From positions 18,461-82,460 of the forward strand of contig JBBRSJ010000007.1 of assembly GCA_038245515.1 (NCBI GenBank): a stretch of 64,000 nucleotides of DNA, in the 5' to 3' direction. Below the pieces are notes generated by a model. It searched no databases, had not been told where the DNA came from, and saw nothing but the letters and a program-made list of their open reading frames with translations. Below, one piece after another: positions 56,845 to 64,000 of this stretch. Both the position numbers and the translations under genes were made by a program. Numbering within the stretch: position 1 is the first letter of the stretch; each line of letters begins with the position of its first letter. This DNA comes from Candidatus Limnocylindrales bacterium. Lineage in GTDB: Bacteria > Chloroflexota > Limnocylindria > Limnocylindrales > CSP1-4.

Positions 56845-58296
56845 ATGCGTGACGTGAGCGACCGCTCCCTCGATACGGCCGTCCACCTCGGCGCGACCTA
56901 CGCCGACGTCCGCGTCGTCCGTCGCCGCGACGAGTCGATCGCCGTCAAGAGCGGCCGGGTCGAGGGCGTCGCCGCGGGCGAGAGCCAGGGGTTCGGCGTC
57001 CGCGTCCTCGTCGACGGCGCATGGGGCTTCGCGAGTTCGAGCCAGCTGACCGCCGACGAGGCCGACCGGGTGGCCGGCGAGGCCGTCCGGATCGCCAGGG
57101 CGAGCGCGACCGCCCTCCGCGATCGGGTCCGGCTCGACGACCGGCCGCCCGCCCATGGCACGTACGAGACCCCGATCGAGGAGGACCCGTTCGCCGTCCC
57201 GCTGGAGGAGAAGATCGGCCATCTCCTCGCTGCCGACGAGGCCGCCCGGTCCGTCGATGGTGTGGCATTCGTCGAGACTCGCTACGACGCCCAACGCGAG
57301 ACGCGGACCTTTGGCGCGACCGACGGCAGCTGGACGGAGCAGACGTTCACCCATGTCGGCGCCGGGATCGAGGCCAACGCGATCGAGGGCGATGAGCACC
57401 AGCGTCGGAGCTACCCCGACGCCGACGGCGGCCCGTTCCGGGCGTCCGGGTACGAGTTCGTCCGGGGTCTCGACCTGACAGGCCACGCCGGACCGCTCGC
57501 CGAGGAGGCCGTCGCGCTGCTGACCGCGCCGCAATGCCCGTCGGGCCGGTTCACGATCGTCCTCGACCCCTCCCAGCTCTATCTCCAGATCCACGAGAGC
57601 TGCGGCCACCCGACCGAGCTCGACCGGGTCTACGGCACCGAGGCGAGCTACGCCGGCACGAGCTTCCTGACGACCGACAAGCTCGACGAGGGCTTCCGCT
57701 ACGGCAGCGACCTCGTCGACATCGTGGCCGACGCGACCGCGCCCGGCGGGATGGGCACCTTCGGCTGGGACGACGAGGGTGTGGCGGCCCAGCAGGTCCC
57801 GCTCATCAAGGACGGCATCTTCGTCGGCTATCTCTCGAGCCGGGAGACCGCGCCGCGGATCGGCCGCCAGTCCGGCGGGGCGATGCGCGCCGACGGCTGG
57901 AACCGGATCCCGCTCATCCGGATGACCAATGTCAATCTCCTCCCCAAGCCCGGGATGAGCCTCGACGAGATCGTCGCCGACACCGACGACGGGCTGTACC
58001 TCGCCTCGAACCGGTCGTGGTCGATCGACGACCGCCGCCTGAACTTCCAGTTCGCGACGGAGGTTGCCTACGAGATCAAGGGCGGCAAGAAGGGTCGGCT
58101 GTTCAAGAATCCGACGTACACCGGGATCACGTACGAGTTCTGGCGGTCGCTCGACGCAATCGGCGACGACTCGAGCTACGTGATGCTCGGGACCCCGAAC
58201 TGCGGCAAGGGCGAGCCGGGCCAGGGCGGGCACGTGGGACACGGGTGTTCGGGCGCCCGGTTCCGCGACGTCCAGGTCGGGGTCGGCAAGTGGTGA
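56845..58296 (+). CDS. tldD: TldD family metalloprotease
   Basis: GFGVRV..GAWGFAS, IHESCGH (HExxGH), GWDDEG, IRMTN, CGKG. Confidence 0.93.
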   Translation: MRDVSDRSLDTAVHLGATYADVRVVRRRDESIAVKSGRVEGVAAGESQGFGVRVLVDGAWGFASSSQLTADEADRVAGEAVRIARASATALRDRVRLDDRPPAHGTYETPIEEDPFAVPLEEKIGHLLAADEAARSVDGVAFVETRYDAQRETRTFGATDGSWTEQTFTHVGAGIEANAIEGDEHQRRSYPDADGGPFRASGYEFVRGLDLTGHAGPLAEEAVALLTAPQCPSGRFTIVLDPSQLYLQIHESCGHPTELDRVYGTEASYAGTSFLTTDKLDEGFRYGSDLVDIVADATAPGGMGTFGWDDEGVAAQQVPLIKDGIFVGYLSSRETAPRIGRQSGGAMRADGWNRIPLIRMTNVNLLPKPGMSLDEIVADTDDGLYLASNRSWSIDDRRLNFQFATEVAYEIKGGKKGRLFKNPTYTGITYEFWRSLDAIGDDSSYVMLGTPNCGKGEPGQGGHVGHGCSGARFRDVQVGVGKW

Positions 58297-58312
58297 TCCG
58301 AGTGATGAGATC

Positions 58313-59665
58313 GTGACCGAGGTTGCGGCCATCGACGGTCTGGCCGTCGCGCAACGGGTCATCAGGCTGGCCCGATCCGCCGGCGCAACGGAGGCCGAGG
58401 CCCTCGTATCGCTCGAGCAGGCCCGGCTCACGCGATTCGCGAACAGCGAGATCCACCAGAACGTGGCCGAGACGAACGGCAGCTTGAACCTCCGCGTCGC
58501 GATCGGAAAGCGTGTCGGCGTCGCCTCGTCGAACCGCCTCGACGAGGAGGGCCTGCGGTGGCTGGCGGAGACCGCGACGGCGATCGCGCGGAACTCGGCC
58601 GAACTCGAGGACTGGGGTGGCCTGCCCGAGCCCACGCCCGTCCCTGAGCTGCCCGCGGCTTGGTCAGAGGCGACAGCGGGTGCCACGCCGGAGCTGCGGG
58701 CCGCGGGCGTCCGGGAGGTGATCGCGGCGGCCGATGCAGCAGGCGTCCGGGCCTTCGGGTCGTTCTCGACGAGCGCCGAGCACCTGGCGGTCGCGAACTC
58801 GAAGGGCACCGCGGCCGCCCAGCGCCGGACGGCCGCCCAGCTCCTGACCGTCACGATGGCCGCCGACGGCGGCTCGGGCTACGCCGAGCAAGCCTCGGTC
58901 GACGTGACGGCGATCGACGCGGCCGCGATCGGGCGCGAAGCCGCCGACAAGGCCCGGACGACCGCCAACCCGGTCACGGTCGACCCCGGCGACTGGTCGG
59001 TCGTGCTCGAGGAGTATGCCGTCGTCGATCTCCTCTCGATGCTCGCCTACATGGGGTTCAGCGCGCTCGCCGTCCAGGAGGAGCGCTCGTTTGCGGAGCC
59101 GGGCAAGGTCATCGGCAGCGAGCTCGTGACGATCGTCGACGACGCGACCGAGCCTGGCGCGATGCCGATGGCGTTCGATTACGAGGGCGTGGCCAAGCAG
59201 AAGGTGGTCCTCGTCGAGCGAGGCGTCTGTCGCGACGTCGTGTACGACGCTCAGACCGCGGCCCGCGGTGGCGTTCGCTCGACCGGTCACGGACTGCCCG
59301 CGCCGAATACGTACGGTCCGTTTCCGCTGAACATGGTCATGGCCGCCGGGTCGACCGACCGGGCGGCGCTCGTCGGCGACATGGAGCGCGGGCTGCTCGT
59401 CACCCGGTTCCACTACACGAACCCGGTCCACCCGAAGCTCGCGATCGTCACGGGGATGACCCGCGACGGGACGTTCCTCGTCGAGGACGGGAAGATCATC
59501 GGGCCGGTCCGGAACCTTCGCTTCACCCAGAGCTACCTGGCCGCGCTCGCGGGCACGGTCGCGGTCGGCCGCGAGCGGCGGACGCTCCGCGGCGACTTCG
59601 GCGGGGTGCTCGTGCCGGCGGTCCGCATCGACGGCTGGACGTTCACGGGCACGACCGAGCACTGA
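58313..59665 (+). CDS. TldE/PmbA family protein
   Basis: TRFANSEIHQN, FDYEG, STGH, GLLVTRFHY, TGMTRDG; partner of tldD. Confidence 0.92.
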   Translation: MTEVAAIDGLAVAQRVIRLARSAGATEAEALVSLEQARLTRFANSEIHQNVAETNGSLNLRVAIGKRVGVASSNRLDEEGLRWLAETATAIARNSAELEDWGGLPEPTPVPELPAAWSEATAGATPELRAAGVREVIAAADAAGVRAFGSFSTSAEHLAVANSKGTAAAQRRTAAQLLTVTMAADGGSGYAEQASVDVTAIDAAAIGREAADKARTTANPVTVDPGDWSVVLEEYAVVDLLSMLAYMGFSALAVQEERSFAEPGKVIGSELVTIVDDATEPGAMPMAFDYEGVAKQKVVLVERGVCRDVVYDAQTAARGGVRSTGHGLPAPNTYGPFPLNMVMAAGSTDRAALVGDMERGLLVTRFHYTNPVHPKLAIVTGMTRDGTFLVEDGKIIGPVRNLRFTQSYLAALAGTVAVGRERRTLRGDFGGVLVPAVRIDGWTFTGTTEH

Positions 59666-59897
59666 CCGTCGACAGCTGCCGCGGCGCGCGCAGAAGTTGT
59701 CAAGCGCATCTCGGGCGATCGTTAGTCGGACACTTCCGACAAGAGGGTCGTCTTCGCGATCAAATGACAAATTCGCGGCGAACTCCACGCTCAGACGCGG
59801 AGCGCCGGGCTCTCAACATTCCGCGAACGAACCGCCTCAGATTCGTTCCACAAGAACGGACCGCGTCGCCGCGTCGCCCGACCGATACGATGCCGGC

Positions 59898-60341
59898 ATG
59901 GATACCATCCAGGCGCGGCTCGGACGAGGTTTCGATCCCGCTCAGCTGCGCCGGATCAAGCGGCTCTGGGTCCGCCATTCCATCGCCGAGGACCGCCGCG
60001 ACATCGACGGCCTGATCGCGACCCTCGCGCCGACGAGCGTGTACGAGCTGATTCCGACCGGGCAGCGCTGGGAGGGCCACGCCGGCGCCCGCGCCTTCTA
60101 CACCGAGCTCTTCGCCGCGTTCCCCGACAACCGTTTCGCCCTGACCGAGATCGTCGTCGGGCCGCAGGGTGTGTTCGAGGTCGCAACTCTCACCGGCACG
60201 AACGAAGGCCCGTGGGGCGGTGCCCCGGCGAGCGGCCTGCCCGTTTCGCTCGAGGTCCTGATCCTCTTCCCGTGGGACCCCGCCACGGAGCGGTTCCTCG
60301 GGGAGCGGATCTGGTTCGACCGCGGCACGCTCGCCAGCTGA
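59898..60341 (+). CDS. SnoaL-like/NTF2-fold ester cyclase family protein
   Basis: HSIAED, FYTELFAAFPD, GTNEGPW, GERIWFD; TACGAT 6 nt upstream of ATG. Confidence 0.85.
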   Translation: MDTIQARLGRGFDPAQLRRIKRLWVRHSIAEDRRDIDGLIATLAPTSVYELIPTGQRWEGHAGARAFYTELFAAFPDNRFALTEIVVGPQGVFEVATLTGTNEGPWGGAPASGLPVSLEVLILFPWDPATERFLGERIWFDRGTLAS

Positions 60342-60379
60342 GGCAACTCCCGGATTCGTCCCACCACGGTGGTCAGCCG

Positions 60380-63229
60380 TCACCAAGCGGCGAGCGACCA
60401 GATCCCGGGATCGAGCTCCGCCGCACCCTCGCCGATCTCCGCGAAGAGCGCGGCGGCACGCTTGAGATGCGCCATCGCCTCCTCCTCCCGTCCGGCATCG
60501 TGCAGCAGGTCGGCGAGGTGGTTCTCGACGGCCGCCTCGAGGTGGCGGTCACCGATCCTGCGACAAGCCTCAATGGCGGTCGCCGCCGTCGCCACGGCCT
60601 CATCGACCGAGCCGTCCGAGGCGAGCGTCAGGGCCAGCGCGGTCGCTGCCGCGATCGCAGCCGTGGGATCGGGATCGTCGGCAGCGAGGGCGAGGCTGGT
60701 GGTCAGTGCCGTTCGGGCTCCAGCCGCGTCTCCGCCCGCCTGCGCGACGAGTCCGACGAGTCGCTCGGCGACGCCGACGCCATGTGGATCGCCCGCGAGG
60801 ACGGCCGCCTCACTGGCATCCCGGGCCGAGGTTGCGGCGGCGGCGAGATCCCCGGATTGAAGCGCGACCACGCTGCGCTCGACGAGGGCACGCGCCCGGA
60901 GCGCGGGCGGCAGCCCGGGAGACGCGAGCGCTGACGAGAGGTGACTCGCTGCGGCCAGCAGGTCGCCCCGCCGCCGGTGGACACGACCGAGAGCCACCTC
61001 GATCCCCGGCAGGGCGACGGGCTCCGCGAGCGCGGCCGCGGTCTCGAGTGCGGCCACCGCGGCCGGGTACTCGCCCAAGCGCGCCCGAAGCTCGCCGATC
61101 CGGAGGTGGGTCGCCGCTTGATCGGGCAACCCCAGCGCCAGTGCCGCCTCGAGGTGCTCGATCGCCTCGTGGTTCGCGTACACCGCCTCCGCCCGCACCG
61201 CGGCCTCGCAATAGGCTGCCGCCGCCTCGACGGGTCGGCCGGCCTCGCGCTCGTGGAATGCCGTCAGCGCGAAGTGGGCGACGTCGTCGCGACCGGCCCC
61301 GGCTCCCTCGTCACGGAGTGCCTCCGCGGTTCGGCGATGGAGCAGGCGGCGCCGGGCGAGGCTCGTGGCGTCATACGCGGTCTCGCGCAACCGGTCGTGG
61401 CGGAAGTCGTAGCGGATCGAGGCGCCGACCGCATCGGGCTGCTCGCGGACGAGGCCGCGGCGCACCAGCTCCTCGAGCGCGGCGATGGTCTCCTCCTCGG
61501 TCCGGCCGCTGGCGTGACGAACCGTCGACAAGTCGAACGAGCGCCCGATGACAGCCGCGGCCGAGAGGACCTGGCCGGCCGTCTCGCCGATGGATGCGAT
61601 CCGCTCGCGCAGGATCGCCTGGACGTTGCGTGGCATCGCTCCGCCCGGGCTGGCCTCGCTCGCAAGGGCCTCGACGATGTAAAGCGGGAGGCCCTCCGAC
61701 TCGGAAGCGAGACGGTCGACGAGGGCATCGGTCGTGGCCGTGTCCGCGATCGCGGGCCTCGCCACGCCGACGATCGCCGCGATGTCAGTCCGGTCGAGGC
61801 GAGCGAGCGAGACGACGGTGGCTGCAGGCCGGCCGATCAGGTCGTCGGCCATCGCCAATCCCTCTCGCGAGAGATCCTCACGACGCCAGGCCAGGAGGAC
61901 GAGCATCGGACGAGCGACCAGCCGGCGGGCCAGGTAGATGACGGCCTCACGGCTCGGTCCGTCAGCGAGGTGGAGGTCGTCGATCCAGACGATCCCCGGC
62001 GCCGGCCCAGCCGCGAGCGCGGTGAGGGACTCCGCGATGGCATCGAGCAGCCGGACCCGGGCGCTCGGGCGATCCGTTGAGTCCGAGGCCGCCACGCGAA
62101 GCGATGACGGGAGATCCACGAGCCGACCGATCTCGATCCGCGCGATCTCGTCGAGCGATCCGAGTCGGTCCGCGCCGCCGGGAAGGGCGAGGCCAGCTCG
62201 GAGCAGCTCGGCGATCGGGCCGTAGGCGATGGCGGACTCGCCCGTGTAGCCGCGACTGGCAAGCACTGTTCCGCCGAGTCCTCGCACGGCCGCGGAGACC
62301 GCTTCCCCGAGCCGGGTCTTGCCGATCCCGGCCTCGCCCTCGATGACCGCCAGCCGACCGTTCGCCGCGGCCGAGCGCCACGCGTCGAGAATCGCGGCAA
62401 GGTCGCCGTCGCGACCGACATGCGGCAGAACGACCGGGACCGTCGAGCTGCGAGCCGCGTCACCGGTCGCGGTCGGCCGCCCCGCCGGTGTCGCGCCGAG
62501 CGCTCCGTCCCGGATCGCGTCGTACAGCTCCGTGGTCTCGCGCAGGGGTGGCACGCCGAGCTCCCGTTTGAACAGCGCGACCAGGTTTCGGTACTGCTCG
62601 ATGGCCCCGGTCCGATCCCCGGACCGAGCCAGGACCTCGATCAGCCGCCGCTGCCCGGCCTCGTCGAGCTCGTCGATCGCGACTCGCCGCCGGGCGGCAT
62701 CGACGGCACCGACGCGATCGCCGCCGGTCAGGCGGATGACCGCAACGCGGTCGAGCAGCTGGCCGACGATCCCCTCGACGCGCGTGGAGAGCGTCGCCTG
62801 CCAATCGTCGAAGGGCGGGCTGTCGCGAACCGCGAATCCGGCCAGGAATGGGCCCCGTGCGAGGCGCGCGGCCGCTTCGAGATCCCGGGCCGATCGCGAG
62901 GCGGCCAGCCGCTGGAGCTCGACGAGGTCGACCCACGCGGTATCGGGCTGCAGGAGGACCCGGCTTCGCTCAATCCGCAACCCGGCACTCGCGACTGCGG
63001 TCCGCAGCGTCGACAGCGTCCTGCGCAGCGCGTTCCGGGCGGCCTCGTCGGAAGCGTCCGGCCAGAACATCGCGGCCAGCTCGTCGCGGGCTACCGGCCG
63101 CCCCTCGGCCGCGACGAGGGCGACGATCGCGAGCGCCTTCCGGGTGTCGACGACGATCGGACGGCCCTCGACCATGACCTCGATCGGGCCGAGCAGGCGA
63201 ATCCGGATCGGCGGCTGCGGGCGGGACAC
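60380..63229 (-). CDS. SARP/AfsR-like regulator (wHTH-BTAD + AAA ATPase + TPR)
   Basis: IRLLGP, RDELAAMFWP, GPFLAGF, ELGVPP, GEAGIGKTRL, IDDLHLAD, GLPLYIVE, FRHD. Confidence 0.92.
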   Translation of the reverse strand: MSRPQPPIRIRLLGPIEVMVEGRPIVVDTRKALAIVALVAAEGRPVARDELAAMFWPDASDEAARNALRRTLSTLRTAVASAGLRIERSRVLLQPDTAWVDLVELQRLAASRSARDLEAAARLARGPFLAGFAVRDSPPFDDWQATLSTRVEGIVGQLLDRVAVIRLTGGDRVGAVDAARRRVAIDELDEAGQRRLIEVLARSGDRTGAIEQYRNLVALFKRELGVPPLRETTELYDAIRDGALGATPAGRPTATGDAARSSTVPVVLPHVGRDGDLAAILDAWRSAAANGRLAVIEGEAGIGKTRLGEAVSAAVRGLGGTVLASRGYTGESAIAYGPIAELLRAGLALPGGADRLGSLDEIARIEIGRLVDLPSSLRVAASDSTDRPSARVRLLDAIAESLTALAAGPAPGIVWIDDLHLADGPSREAVIYLARRLVARPMLVLLAWRREDLSREGLAMADDLIGRPAATVVSLARLDRTDIAAIVGVARPAIADTATTDALVDRLASESEGLPLYIVEALASEASPGGAMPRNVQAILRERIASIGETAGQVLSAAAVIGRSFDLSTVRHASGRTEEETIAALEELVRRGLVREQPDAVGASIRYDFRHDRLRETAYDATSLARRRLLHRRTAEALRDEGAGAGRDDVAHFALTAFHEREAGRPVEAAAAYCEAAVRAEAVYANHEAIEHLEAALALGLPDQAATHLRIGELRARLGEYPAAVAALETAAALAEPVALPGIEVALGRVHRRRGDLLAAASHLSSALASPGLPPALRARALVERSVVALQSGDLAAAATSARDASEAAVLAGDPHGVGVAERLVGLVAQAGGDAAGARTALTTSLALAADDPDPTAAIAAATALALTLASDGSVDEAVATAATAIEACRRIGDRHLEAAVENHLADLLHDAGREEEAMAHLKRAAALFAEIGEGAAELDPGIWSLAAW

Positions 63230-63234
63230 CGCGC

Positions 63235-63270
63235 AACGGTACGCCTGCAGCGTACCGTTCCGTAACGTTC
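63235..63270. promoter_or_regulatory. Palindrome carrying back-to-back TACCGT -10 boxes plus a CGTAMCGTTC direct repeat
   Basis: AACGGTACGC-ctgca-GCGTACCGTT; cgtaccgttc/cgtaacgttc. Confidence 0.55.
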
Positions 63271-63299
63271 TCGGGACGCTGGAGGTCCAGGATCACCGG

Positions 63300-64000
63300 G
63301 TGAACAGATCCGCGCTGAACCGAGGCCGACCCGCGACCAGCGCGATCGGCGTGTGGCTGGGGACGCTCGCGTTCGGCGTCAGTGCGACGGTACTCGTGGT
63401 CCTCGGTCTCTCGGTCAAGGTCGCGACGGCCTGGGGGTTCCCCGGGTTCGGGGTCCTGATGGCGGTCACATTCGGCACGATCGGGCTGCTCATCAGCGTG
63501 CGCGTCCCAGGCAATCGCATCGGCCAGCTGTTCGCGGCGATCGGTCTCGGGTCCGCGCTCCAGGAGCTCATCGCCGCCTATGTCGTCTACGGCGGCCTGG
63601 TCGCTCCGGGCACGCTCCCGTGGGTCCAGCAGGTCGCCTGGTTCGAGACCTGGGACTGGATCCCGATCGCCGGCGCGGCGACGACCTTCCTCCTGTTGCT
63701 CTTCCCCGACGGTAGGCTCCCGGCGGCGCGCTGGCGACTCGTGGCGTGGCTTTCGGTCGGCGCGATCGTCGTCGCCGGAGTCATCCAGAGTATCCAGCCG
63801 GGCCCGATCGACAGCGCCGAGTTCATCGAGAACCCCCTCGGGATCGCCGTCGCCGAGCCGCTCATCGGGCTGCTGGGAGGCATCGGGTTCAGCGGGCTCG
63901 TTCTTGCGGTGCTCCTGTCCGCAGTCTCAATGGTCGTCCGCTTCCGGCGATCGCGCGGCGCCGAGCGCCAGCAGCTCAAGTGGTTCGCCAGCGCGGCCGT
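63300..64000 (+). CDS. Multi-TM membrane protein of the type found N-terminal to sensor kinases (partial, runs off window; not in ORF track)
   Basis: GGAGG then GTG at 63300; open to the window end; motifs PGNRIG, LLLLFPDGRL, ENPLG, RFRRSRGAERQQLKW. Confidence 0.85.
   Translation, partial: MNRSALNRGRPATSAIGVWLGTLAFGVSATVLVVLGLSVKVATAWGFPGFGVLMAVTFGTIGLLISVRVPGNRIGQLFAAIGLGSALQELIAAYVVYGGLVAPGTLPWVQQVAWFETWDWIPIAGAATTFLLLLFPDGRLPAARWRLVAWLSVGAIVVAGVIQSIQPGPIDSAEFIENPLGIAVAEPLIGLLGGIGFSGLVLAVLLSAVSMVVRFRRSRGAERQQLKWFASAA

Overview
High-GC (~70%) bacterial chromosomal segment, densely coding and mostly minus-strand. Gene content (GuaB3, F420-type nitroreductase, UPF0182, BTAD/SARP regulator, DarA, FlgD-Ig surface proteins, many apparently leaderless genes) suggests Chloroflexota, possibly Limnocylindria-like; this assignment is inference. 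1-32 kb is a large surface-glycan region: Wzt ATPase, methyltransferase, several glycosyltransferases, a full WbpA/B/D/E/I-like diNAc-uronate set, polyprenol-P-mannose synthase, two Ig-repeat secreted enzymes and rmlABDC, directly behind mreB-mreC with no mreD. 33-45 kb holds radC, a CPBP protease, zinc-ribbon/membrane hypotheticals, UPF0182 and guaA. 45-48 kb is a loosely coding island with a truncated globin, two microproteins, DUF1028, shared 11-bp-phased repeats and a run of hairpins with CCUCC/GGAGG loops (candidate sRNA system). 48-64 kb holds guaB3, MFS, darA, GGDEF, tmk-ECF sigma-anti-sigma, a Ni/Co transporter, tldD/E, a SnoaL-like protein, a SARP regulator and a truncated membrane protein. 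No tRNA, rRNA, CRISPR array or transposase was recognised. All family calls come from motif recognition, not database searches.
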